A model generated the notes under the pieces. The model searched no databases, was not told the DNA's origin, and saw only the letters and a list, made by a program, of their open reading frames with translations. A stretch of DNA of 64,000 nt from Minutocellus sp. GHC0000111 (Eukaryota): contig OZ361260.1 of assembly GCA_977018835.1 (NCBI GenBank), positions 1,798,001-1,862,000 of the forward strand, written 5' to 3'. Each line of letters starts with the position of its first letter. Position 1 is the first letter of the stretch. The position numbers and the translations under genes were made by a program. This document shows positions 13,387 through 24,196 of the stretch, one piece after another.

Positions 13387-13471
13387 GAATAATGCGATTG
13401 AGAGGCCGTCTGAGCCAACAATAATCCGAATAATGCGATTGAGAGGCCGTCTGAGCCAACAATAATCCGAA
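13387..13471. repeat. perfect 41-bp tandem duplication in a divergent promoter
   Basis: GAATAATGCGATTGAGAGGCCGTCTGAGCCAACAATAATCC occurs at 13387-13427 and 13428-13468, followed by GAA. Confidence 0.97.
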
Positions 13472-13695
13472 GCCGGTAGGTACCGCAAACCTCGTGGTAT
13501 GGAAGGAAATAAAGGATACGACTCAAAAGCAACAAATACGGAACAAAAAATTCTGCCTTGGTCTGCTCGTTCGTCAACCTGGTGCTCATTTTACATCATC
13601 TTGCACCTCAAGGTAGGTAACGTCGGGACCACGCACAAAACAAGCCTTCTTCCCTTTTTCGTCGGCACTTTCTCCACGCACCAACAAGGACGACC

Positions 13696-16600
13696 ATGGA
13701 ATCTCCACGCTTGCGGCACTCTTCCTTGGCTTCCACGCTATTCATCGTGGCATCCATAATCTCCCTTTCGTCGGCTGTAGCCATCCCTGGCGAGGATGAT
13801 ACGTCGGAGATTATCGGTAGAGAGGGCACCGTATCTCGTTTCCTCCGGACCACTAGTCCCAGTAGCGATGGAACAACTGGCCACGCACAATACGAGGATG
13901 GGCAGTTTGTGCGGACCCTCAATGTCTTCGACCACTTGGCTGCTACAAGTACGAGTGAGAGTACCAACACGGCCGTCGATGAAGACGCCGGACCCAATGC
14001 CGCCGATGTCCCCAGCAGCGACAACATTTTTACTCATTCAATCTCACAACAACAACAACAACAGCGCGCGTCCGTGACGTCGGCAGTGTCTCCCAAGAAA
14101 GCTGCCAGAAATTGTAACTTGATGTTGAGAAGGAACCGAGCCCGGTTCCCTGGAATTTTCCTCAATCACGCCAAAGCAGGCAAATGCAGAACCTTCAAGA
14201 GGTGTTTGTTTCAGTCCATGAAACGCGTTCGGAATAACTTAATTTCTGATGGCTGCGATGCGCCGCGCAATTGGAAGGGCTTTACTGAGAAGGGCTTCTC
14301 CCCACCCTTCCAAGTTTTTGTCTTTTCCCGGAACGACACCGGTGTTGTTGGTCCGAGCGGGCGGGCCTCATATGAAAAGTGTGCCGCTCAGCGATGGATC
14401 AACGCCACTGCTACTGGTCGATCGGCTGACACCTTCTTCGATTCGAACAACACCCTCGCCGGTACTTCTGGTAGGATTGGCGGACGGAGGACCGAAGAGG
14501 CCGACCCGACTCCCGCCATTTCATTCGCACTTACCGCCACTCTCCGCGTTGCGCAGTACTGCGGTGACACGAAAAAAAATTCGAACAAGGTAAAGCGCAC
14601 TATAGCGCAGTTTGTCACCAACGCCGTTGACGAAGGGTCGTGCGGGAGTTGGGTATCCTTCTTCGCAGCGACAGTCGATTCCATTGCCGAGGCGGATGGC
14701 TGCTCCGCTGACAGTGGCGGCGGGAGAAGGATTAGAAAGCTCAATCTCTCCAAGAATAACAGCACGTGTATCCTTGACGGAGAGGAAGTGCAATTGACCG
14801 AGATCAATGTCACCCTCAGTGGGAATTCTACGAATGGCATGCTGCTCCCAACTGATGTGCCTAGAAACTGTACTCGACGACGTCTTGATCTCGAAAAAGA
14901 CGGTGACGCCACATCTTCAAGGCTCTTGAGGAGGTTTCGAAACGCGGATGCTTCTCCCAATGAATGCTCTTGCGAGTGTGGTTGGGAGGCGCTATCGATT
15001 GGGGGTCAGTCTGTATGCGTTACCAGTGTCACAGTTGTCGGACGCGACGGCGAAGAAGGAGATACCGACAATTCGACCGGCGCACAAACCGATATGCCCA
15101 CTGGTAGGCGTCGAGTGACACCCTCTCCCTCGGATATTCCATCGAAATCGCCATCGAGTCTACCCAGTGCCAACCCAACAACTTCGCACCAGCCTACTGC
15201 CAGTCCGCAGCCATCGTCGCCGCCCTCGTACTCGGAGCCACCGACGGCCAGTCCAAAACCTTCTTTTGTTCCGTCGTCTGGTCCCAGCGAGATCCCATCG
15301 GGGCGTCCATCCACCTCACCAAGTGGAAGCCCATCGTCAGGCCCGACTAAAGAGCCGTCTCTGCGCCCTTCGTCCCACCCTAGTTCAAATCCCAGCGCCC
15401 TTCCATCGGTATCACCAACTAGCGCCCCTTCCTCCGAGCCTTCGTCAGAACCGAGCACATCTCCTTCGTCTAAACCGAGTACCCCGCCATCATTTCTACC
15501 AACAAATGTGCCAAGCACTCAGCCCTCGATGGCACCGAGTTCCTCTCCATCATTGGTGCCAACGTCGATACCATCTAGTGTTCCCACTCCGATCGTATCG
15601 GATGCTCCGTCTGTTTTGCCGTCAGTATCGAGTGCACCGACGATATCATCAGCACCAACGGTATCGGCAATGCCAAGCACTGAATTTCAGGGCCTGGAGA
15701 AGAGGTTGAAGGATGTCAAGGAAGAGCAACAAAAGGCAGCGGAGGAAGCGCTCGCAGAACTCAATAAACGCATTGCAGAACTTCAGGCCCAAATTGACGC
15801 ATTGCAACCGACGAGCTACCCGTCCACGCAGCCTTCAATATCACCGTCGATGGTCCCATCTACCGATCCAAGTGTGGCTCCTACCTTGCTACCATCGTCG
15901 ACCCCCACCGACCGACCGAGCAATGTACCGTCGGTAGATCCTTCTAGCAGGCCTAGTAGTACTCCATCGGTACCTCCAACTTCATCGCCAAGTTCAGTCC
16001 CATCTGCTACACCCAGCGATCTTCCATCATCGCCTCCAAGCAATGAGCCAACCGACGTTCCGTCGTTGTTGCCAAGTTTGGAGCCAAGTCCTGCCCCCTC
16101 TTATCTTCCGACGATATTGCCAAGCGCGGCACCGTCGCTGCTTCCCTCCACGCTCCCGAGTCATGTTCCCTCGGTACCTCCATCTCATTTGCCGAGCTCT
16201 GACCCGTCTATAACTCCAACAACTCTGGCCTCTGAACATCCTACCACGTCGCAAAATCCGTCGAGTAGTCCGAGTAATCGTCCATCGAGTACCCCAAGTA
16301 ACCCGCCAACGAAGGTACGAAGCTCCTCTCCGTCTGGATCTCCTTCAAAGAGCGCCAGCCCAACCCCGGAAGTAAGTACTAGCTAGTACCGAGAAGGTAC
16401 TGCTGCTTGTTTACGTATTGTTCTTGAACTATGCCGACCAACAAAAGCCAAAATATTTTTCTTTCCTCTCGACTCTTTCCTTACCTTTGCAGTGTGGATT
16501 GTGCACGGACATTCTGCCGAATTTTGACACTTTTGAGCAATCTAACGTGAAAATTTGCTCCGACCTTGTAGGCAATTCATTCACTGAAACTTTCTGTTCT

Positions 16601-17998
16601 TAGGATGGCTGGGGCAAGCAGTGCAACGAGAAAACATGTTTGTGTCAACAAACTTGCTTTGATGCGCTAAGAACCGATGCACCATCTACGTCCCCGACGG
16701 TATTGGCTTCCTTGGCACCGTCAGTATCTTTGATGCCCAGCTCCTCGCCGTCGTTGGAGCCAAGTCGGCTGCCATCGTCCAAACCCAGTGGAATGCCTTC
16801 CAGCACTCCATCAGCAGCACCAACGGGCAAACCGTCCCCATCGCCTAGCCAAGAGCCGAGTCTTTTGCCTTCCAATGCTCCGTCTAGTCAGCCGAGTTTT
16901 GAACCGACAAGCTGTGGCGATCCGTTGCAGCTATGCGGAGAGAACGACTGCTGCAGGAACGCGACTGAATGTAGATTTGCCCTAGGTCTCAAGAGATGTC
17001 TGCCTATCGCGGAGAGTGAGCCTCCGAGCAACGTGCCCTCAATCTCTCCAAGTGCACCGCCCTCTGTTTCAGCTCTGCCCAGTGCCGCCCCCGCCCCATT
17101 GCCTTGCGCAGATGACTATTTCCCGTGCAATTCCCAAACGTCTGGCGCTTGCTGTCTTAATCCTGCTCTGGAATGTCGCACAGGCCCGAACGGTGGTCAG
17201 AATTGGTTACCTCCCGTCCCTAGTAGCCAGCCATCGTCGGAGCCATCGCTCAGTCTCAAGCGGAGTAGCAAACCTTCTATCACTCCCACAACAACGCCAA
17301 GTCATGGCCCAAGCCCTAGACCGTCGCTTTCTCCCTCTTTTTCGCCGACGATATGCTGGAGAAATACTGATCTAGTCAATAATTGCACCGCAGGATGCCC
17401 TGGTGTTGGCAACCCTTGCTGTCCAGTCAATGATATCCCTCACCAATGCTGGTACGACGAAATAAACAAAATAAATCTCTGCATCCCAGTACAGGATGGA
17501 GAGTGTACCAGCGAGCCATCGAGCGAGCCCAGCAGTGGACCTTCGAGCAAACCTAGTCTGAGCTCGATGCCGAGCAGCGAACCTAGCACCAAACCGAGTA
17601 GTGAGCCATCAAGCGAGCCAAGTGTCAGCTCGATGCCAAGTAGCGAACCGTCAAGCGAGCCAAGTGTCAGCTCGATGCCGAGCAGTGAACCGTCAAGCGA
17701 GCCAAGTGTGAGCTCGATGCCAAGTAGTGAACCGTCAAGCGAGCCAAGTGTGAGCTTGATGCCAAGTAGCGAGCCGTCGAGCAATCCTAGTTTAAGCTCG
17801 ATGCCAAGTAGCGAGCCGTCGAGCGAGCCAAGTGTGAGCTCGAAGCCGAGCAGCGAGCCATCAAGCGAGCCAAGTGTGAGCTCGATACCAAGTGAAGAGC
17901 CAAGTAGCGAACCTTCCAGCAACCCTAGCTTGAGCTCGATGCCGAGCAGTGAGCCAAGTAGCGAGCCATCAAGTGAACCGAGCAGGAAACCAACGTAA
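13696..17998 (+). CDS. secreted mucin-like Pro/Ser-repeat (PSxxPS) cell-surface protein with Cys-rich modules; intron 16372-16492; in-frame TAG at 16601-16603
   Basis: Signal peptide (…SLSSAVA|IP), RxL motifs, long PSxxPS tracts, an internal coiled coil and C-x6-8-CC modules. ORFs 16418..16603 and 16640..17998 share a frame. Confidence 0.8.
17510..17995 (+). repeat. coding tandem repeat, ~42-nt unit encoding SSMPSSEPSSEPSV
   Basis: About 10 degenerate copies are visible in DNA (AGCTCGATGCCAAGTAGCGAACCGTCAAGCGAGCCAAGTGTC) and in protein. Confidence 0.93.
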
Positions 17999-18254
17999 CC
18001 AAGGTACGAGTACCTACGTAGCTAGGCACCAACAAAGGAAAGTGTACGATCGTATGTATACAACTCGATATACAATCAGCAAAAGAATACCGCTGTATAT
18101 TATTACATTTTTACACAATCACGAAGAAGTTGCTCAATGACATATTATAGTATTGCATAATCCATCTATTGTTATACACAAGGGGTGGCATGTGCGCCTC
18201 GCTTCCTGCGCCATTAGTACTCTCTTTTTCTCCACAGCAATGGCATCGACAGGT

Positions 18255-19560
18255 TCAATAAGACTCACTGCCCCAAGAAGAGTCGTCATCTCCTCCCCAT
18301 TCACCATCCTCAGATCTGTCATCGTATCCGTAGCTGACCTCAGATCTTGCCCCACCAGCAGCATATTTGGGCTGTGCTTCATTTACTCTCAAGATGCGCC
18401 CATTGAACTCGTAGCCATCGGTTTGATCAACCGCTCTCATTGCCGAGTCTGATTCGAGACTAACGAAACAGAAACCCCTCGACTGGCCAGTATTCTGGTC
18501 CAAGGGCATATAGCAGTCCAACACCTCGCCATATTGGCTGAATAATGACCGAACAGATTCAGTGTCTTCATTGAAAGATAGGTTTCCAACGTATAGCTTG
18601 GTTGTTCCTTTGGTTTGATCGAATAGGAAATGAAATGATGCACGTAATGTAAACGAATAAGTCAGAAATACCGATATAAAGGCCCAACGTTCAACATAAT
18701 CAATCATAATCTGGTCATCCCCCTTTTCTAGTAAAATACTCACTCCGCCTTTCTCGCCTGGGAGACTTTTGCCCTTTGGGAAGAGGAATCGAGACAGACA
18801 ATGTACGGCCGTTCAATTCACTGCCATTGCCCTCCTCCAAGGCCTTCTCGGCGCCCTCCTTTGCCAACGTCACAAACGAAAATCCTCTTGGATCACCCGT
18901 GTCACGATCGAGTGGAATGTAGACATCGAGGACGGTGCCCCAATGGCCAAAGTGGGCTGTGAGATCCTCCTTGGTCGTTTGAAACGATATATTCGACACG
19001 TAAAGTTTGTTTGTGGCCACATCCCTCTTCCTTAGTGGCTGTCGCTTGGGAACAGATTCATTGGAATAAATGATTCGACCCAGGAAGGAGGACTGATCAA
19101 GAGCCTTTGTTGCCGCGAGCATCTCCTCCCGACTTCCCAAAGTGACGAAGCCAAATCCTTTTGGATTTCCGGTATTCTTATCCGTCGGCAAGAATATACG
19201 CTTCACGGTACCATATGCCTCGAACAGTTCCCGAATCTGCTCCTCGGTGGCCGAGTACGGCAAATTGCCGACGTAGGCGGTGGCGCCGTCTTCTTCACTT
19301 CGATTTCCGTTGGGATTGCCACCGGGCGATGGTTTCGTCCTGGCTTTCTCCAATGGTACATTTCCATCGCCTGAAAGACGTCGACCAAGCAAAGCTCGAT
19401 GCAGGAGCTCCTCATCCTGGGTAGCAGCAGCGGCAGGTGTGACAGCGTTCAAGATGTTGGTACGAGGGTGCACAGGAGTTGTCCTCGCGACGAAGGCCGA
19501 TATGCATGGTATGGCAAATGCCACAGATGATAATACGCAGAGAAGGCGCGGGCTGATCAT
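18255..19560 (-). CDS. plastid-targeted RNA-binding protein with three RRM domains, 2 exons (19560-18744, 18607-18255)
   Basis: Signal peptide + 'ISA-FV'. RNP2/RNP1 pairs AYVGNL/KGFGFV, LYVSNI/RGFSFV and LYVGNL/RGFCFV. Intron 18743-18608 joins A|GA. Confidence 0.9.
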
Positions 19561-20081
19561 GCTCTATTATTTCCTGCTGTGGTCTTTTTGACTATCTCAA
19601 GTCTCAATCATCAAGCATCAACCATCAAGTAATAAGTCAAGTGCGTTGATTTGCGGTCATCGGCTCTTGACGGTCGGCGGCCAGACGATCCTTTCGCGTC
19701 GAGTCGAGTGAGTCGATTCAGTCTCGTCCATCCACACGTCATTTCGAAACTTTGCTTCCGAAAATCTTTTTCAGCGTGTCATTCAACCAGCTCAGCCAGC
19801 CAGATCGGCGCCATCGGCGTGCGTATCCTCGCGCCGCCTCGATATCGATATCTTCGTTCGCCTGCTCGCGATCGATCGCACTCTCAGCACAATCACACAG
19901 CAGCACCTTGACACCAACTGCCGTTGAGTCAGTCCATCAATCGCTTTCGAGTCAGCAACAGCAACATCCATTCGCACCCTTTCACATCATTATCACACAG
20001 AACAAACCATCACAAAATCTCTTAGAGTATCAATTCACATCGAATCACAACAGTTTCTACGCACATCATAATAGTACAATA

Positions 20082-21520
20082 ATGAAGCTCAGCACCGGCG
20101 CTCTATCCCTCACGGCCATTGTGGGCCTTGGATCTACTACAACGAATGCCTTTGTTGCTCCATCGACATCGGCATCGGCATGGGGTTCTACACGCAAAAC
20201 AGGCGTCATCTCCCAACCCGCACGATCCAGATGCAGTGCCATTGTCACGACCACCACCAGCTCAGCACCCTCGTCCCTTCTGTCCCTGAACATGGCCACC
20301 GATGACAGTACCGACGACGAGATCGAGCGTCTCCGTTCGATGGCAGCCAAGCTCCGTGCGGAAGCGTCTGCACTGGGTAAGTTGGTCAATTATTGTTTTT
20401 GGCTTGTCTGAGCTAAAATGCAAATTGTTGTTTGTACATAGAGTATGAATTGTCAACCAGCCTGACTCTGCCAATTTCTTCGCGCACGATACCTCCGCAT
20501 AGTGCATGCTTTGTTTTTCATTCAACTCACACTATACTTCTTTCTATTCTTCCCATTCAAACTCGCCTCAATGTATTTTTTTTTCAATCAGAGGCTGAAA
20601 AGGCCCAGGCACTGGCAGATGCCGCCCAAAAGGCATTCGATCGTTTCGATACCAACAATGACGGCGAGATTAGCCTTGCGGAGCTGAAGGAGGGATTGGA
20701 AAAGAGTCTCAAGATTGAGCTGAGTGAGAAGCGTGCAAAGGAACTCATGGAAACCTTCGATGCATCGGGCGATGGCGCTCTGCAAATTGACGAAATGGTC
20801 ACGATAGATCGTTTCCGAAATAAGCTGGAATCTCTTGTAAGGGAAGAGAAGAGACTGGCATTGGAGGCCAAACAGCAGGCCGAGGAGGAAGAAAAGCAGG
20901 CCGCCATCGCTGCTGCCAAGCTGGAAATTCTCAACGAGAAGGAACCGACCATATCCGATCGTTTCGTTTCGATATTGCCCTACCTCTTCCCACTAATGGA
21001 CGGGCTGGCCTATGGACGATTCCTGCTTAACAGTGAAGATGCGGCAGCAAATCCCGCAGTCGTCTTCTTAGCCGTTCTCTATGCTCTGTATCGGGCAGTT
21101 CCCTTCTCTGGCTTCATCGCCTTTTTCGCTCTCAATTTCTTGGCTGGAACTCCATCCATCAATCGTCTGATCCGGTACAACATGCAGCAGGCCATCTTCG
21201 TTGATATTGCACTGTTCTTTCCCGGACTGGCGGGTGGACTTCTCGGAGCTCTGAATTTGAACTTCCCAACTGCGATACAAGAGTTATCGACCGATGCCAT
21301 CTTTGTGACTTTGTTGGCGGTGCTGGGTTACTGTACAGTTTCGAGCTTGTTCGGTGTAACGCCAGACAAATTGCCTCTCATTTCCCAATCCGTGAACGAT
21401 CGAATGCCCACAATCGATATGTTTGATGACTCTGGCAATTTCATACCAAGACAATTCCGACAAGAAGAGGGCGAGGAAGACAAGGACAAGAAGGATGATA
21501 AGTATTTGCAAAGCCTCTAG
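20082..21520 (+). CDS. plastid EF-hand + Tic20/Ycf60-like protein, 2 exons (20082-20376, 20592-21520)
   Basis: Signal + 'TNA-FV'. EF loops DTNNDGEISLAE and DASGDGALQIDE. Tic20-type 'S.LPYLFPL.DG' and 'IRYNMQQAI..DI' with 4 TMs. Confidence 0.85.
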
Positions 21521-21654
21521 CTAGCAAGATCCTCCAGAGACTGAAATTGGGCGCTTCTTGGGTTACTTTTGCATTTTAAAGTATTGATCAATTAAGACCT
21601 GGCCACAACTATACTAGTATTATCTACAATCTATTTGAATTTCCAATCTCTACA

Positions 21655-22917
21655 TCACACATCGGCACGGAATTCCTCGGCTGATGCAAATGGATCCCTC
21701 AGCCAGCCCTTGGTGGCATCACACGTCCGTTTGCCAACCATGACCTCTCGAAGAATCGAGAGCAGCTTCGCTGTTACTGGACCACCAGGCAATGTCTTGC
21801 AATGCTTGAGCGTAACGCTGAAGTCATCGGTGTCCTTGCTACCAGTTGCCAAACTGGCCACGGGGACAACCTCGGCGGCAGTTCCGGTAATAAATACCTC
21901 AACAGCGTCGTTCAAATCACCAACCTTCACATTACGCTCGGAAACAGAAACTTCCACCGATTCGTCACCGGTGCTCTCTCTCATGGCATCCTGGAGCTCC
22001 TTTGCATACTCTCTTGCCAGCACCAAGATGGAATCTCTGGTAACTCCCGGTAGGATGGTCTTTCGGTCCAGGCTCGGGGTTACAATCTCACCAGTCTTTA
22101 GCACCAAGAAAATATTCGCCGCACTCAGCTCTTGAATGATGGCCTCCTCGATCTTGCCCTCAGCGTACGTATCCAATTCCAAGTACAAATTATCGTCGAA
22201 CCCGTCCTTTTTGGCATCCATAAGAGGCTTGAGAGTCACGGCATAGTTGCCACTGCACTTGACGGAACCCAAACCACCGCGGGCCGCCCGACTGCGATTG
22301 GTTTCCAGATGGAGCTTGAGGCCACCGACGGCCTTGCCCTTGAAATAGTTTCCAGTAGGACTGACAAAGAATAACAGTGAGAACTGAGGCGAGGGATACA
22401 GCCCAAGCTGCTGACCGGAACCCAGCAGCATGGGCCTCACGTACAGCTTGACCCCATCTCCGCACGGGGGGATCAGATGGGCATTTGCCTGACAGGCCGT
22501 CTGCACACACCTCATGAATAATTCACGGCTGGGCGCCGGCAGGCACATTTCATGCGCTCCATTACAAAATCGCTTCCAATTCATGTCGGGGCGAAAGACC
22601 GCGGCCTTGCCCGATTCCATCCGGAAGCACTTGAGTCCTTCCCAGATGGTGGTGCCGTAGTTCAAACTAGTCGTCGACGGATACAGCGGGAGGGGTGTTT
22701 CGGCGTATGCCTTGATGGCAGTGACTGCCTCACCGCTGTCGGTTTGGGCATCGTAATGCGCATCTTTCCATTCATCATTCGTCGTCAGGTGGATGTACGA
22801 GTGCTCTTCCGGACAATTTAGATTCCACGGCAGCGACGCGAAATCAATCCCCTCCTTGGCAGGTGGTGGAAGAGTACACGAAGAAGCGCTACTTCTGCTG
22901 GGGTTGCTGTCGCTCAT
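21655..22917 (-). CDS. ilvE: branched-chain amino acid aminotransferase (class IV PLP)
   Basis: LNYGTTIWEGLK, FRPDMN, LYVRP, K-CSGNY (PLP lysine), ELSAANIF, TILPGVTRDS and EVFITGTAAEVVPV. Confidence 0.95.
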   Translation of the reverse strand: MSDSNPSRSSASSCTLPPPAKEGIDFASLPWNLNCPEEHSYIHLTTNDEWKDAHYDAQTDSGEAVTAIKAYAETPLPLYPSTTSLNYGTTIWEGLKCFRMESGKAAVFRPDMNWKRFCNGAHEMCLPAPSRELFMRCVQTACQANAHLIPPCGDGVKLYVRPMLLGSGQQLGLYPSPQFSLLFFVSPTGNYFKGKAVGGLKLHLETNRSRAARGGLGSVKCSGNYAVTLKPLMDAKKDGFDDNLYLELDTYAEGKIEEAIIQELSAANIFLVLKTGEIVTPSLDRKTILPGVTRDSILVLAREYAKELQDAMRESTGDESVEVSVSERNVKVGDLNDAVEVFITGTAAEVVPVASLATGSKDTDDFSVTLKHCKTLPGGPVTAKLLSILREVMVGKRTCDATKGWLRDPFASAEEFRADV

Positions 22918-23142
22918 GGCTGTTTGTAATTACTGTAAGAACCAATGGTATTGTGGTCACGCGGCGGATCGATCGCGATGACTTTTTCCGGGGGCAAAAG
23001 AAGTCAATTGCTCTTGCCCGGGGATCGATCGATCCCCCAGAAAATAACACGTCATCGCGTTTGCTTGCTTCATGCTTCATGCTCATTCCATATTCTTACG
23101 GTACGCCGCCCGCCCACTCCATTTTACCGACGCGACAACGCA

Positions 23143-24078
23143 ATGAAGGCAGCCCTGGTTTTCTCTCTGGCCTTTTCGGCCTCTGCTACAGCTTTGGCCT
23201 TCCAGCCACAAGCGTCGGCGACGGCACGTCGCCCAACAATGACGAGAATAGCAAACGCAAATAATGCAGCTGCAGCAGATAGTGCAAATGTGATGGGCCG
23301 CCGTCCAGTGCATGCATCGAGACTTTACTCCGCAGCCGACGACGAGGAGAATTATGACGACGACGAAATGAGATTCGAGGTTAGATCCGACAGTTCCTTC
23401 CGGCCGGAGACCAGCACATTCGGTGCCGAGGCGGTCCCCGAGGAGCAGCGGCCATCAAACGAATATCTCGACTTGATTAGACAACCACTGTTCGGATGGG
23501 CCTCTCAGGAGAGCGGCAATTCCGGCTTGGCCATCCGACTGGCCGCCACGTACGTTGCCTTCTACGCCCTGGTCTGCTATCCCATTGCCGGCGCGACGTA
23601 CACCCTCGACGGATATTTGGTCCAAAAGCTTGCCGCAGCCAACGTTGGGGCCGTTACAGTTCTGCTCGTGCTCATGATTCGGCTGTACTCTGGATGGGGC
23701 TACGTGGGCAGTCGATTGCAGAGCAAGGTCATCGAATACGAGGAGACGGGATGGTACGATGGAGACATTGAGCTCAAGACCGAGGCCGAGAAGGCGAGGG
23801 ATATGTTCCTGTACCGAAGCGACGTCATGCCTGTGGAGAATCGATTGAAGTTGTTCGCGACCGGCATTGGTGCATTGTGGCTGGCATCCATCGTCGGCTT
23901 CAATGTTGTATCGAACAGCAAGCCTCTGTTCGACGAGTACAATCCAGAGATGCTGAAAACCTTGACGTATGACGACAAAATTGCAGGAGTTGCTGCGCAG
24001 CAGAGTGGCGGTGTTCCCACGTACTGCAATTCGAGGTATTACCGGGCAGTTGCAAATGGAGGGCAGGGTTGCAAGTAA
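23143..24078 (+). CDS. CGLD27: plastid CGLD27/Ycf36 (DUF1230) protein
   Basis: Signal + 'ALA-FQ'. Motifs VPEEQRPSNEY..L, RLYSGWGYVGSRL and YEETGWYDG. Confidence 0.9.
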   Translation: MKAALVFSLAFSASATALAFQPQASATARRPTMTRIANANNAAAADSANVMGRRPVHASRLYSAADDEENYDDDEMRFEVRSDSSFRPETSTFGAEAVPEEQRPSNEYLDLIRQPLFGWASQESGNSGLAIRLAATYVAFYALVCYPIAGATYTLDGYLVQKLAAANVGAVTVLLVLMIRLYSGWGYVGSRLQSKVIEYEETGWYDGDIELKTEAEKARDMFLYRSDVMPVENRLKLFATGIGALWLASIVGFNVVSNSKPLFDEYNPEMLKTLTYDDKIAGVAAQQSGGVPTYCNSRYYRAVANGGQGCK

Positions 24079-24196
24079 TAATATTTGTTGCGTACTAGCT
24101 ACGTAGATAGTAGCTCCTCTTCTACTAAACGTACGTTGTATTCTTCAAATTTTGAGGATCACTGTAAATCTCAACTGCAGTTTAGTTAGAAAAAAT

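Noticed and set aside
13387..13471. CRISPR-like repeat
   Set aside because: Only two adjacent copies, with no spacer and no cas genes, in a eukaryotic context.
15006..17922. Minus-strand Gly/Leu/Asp-repeat ORFs (LGSLDGSLLG...)
   Set aside because: These are antisense shadows of the Pro/Ser repeats on the plus strand.
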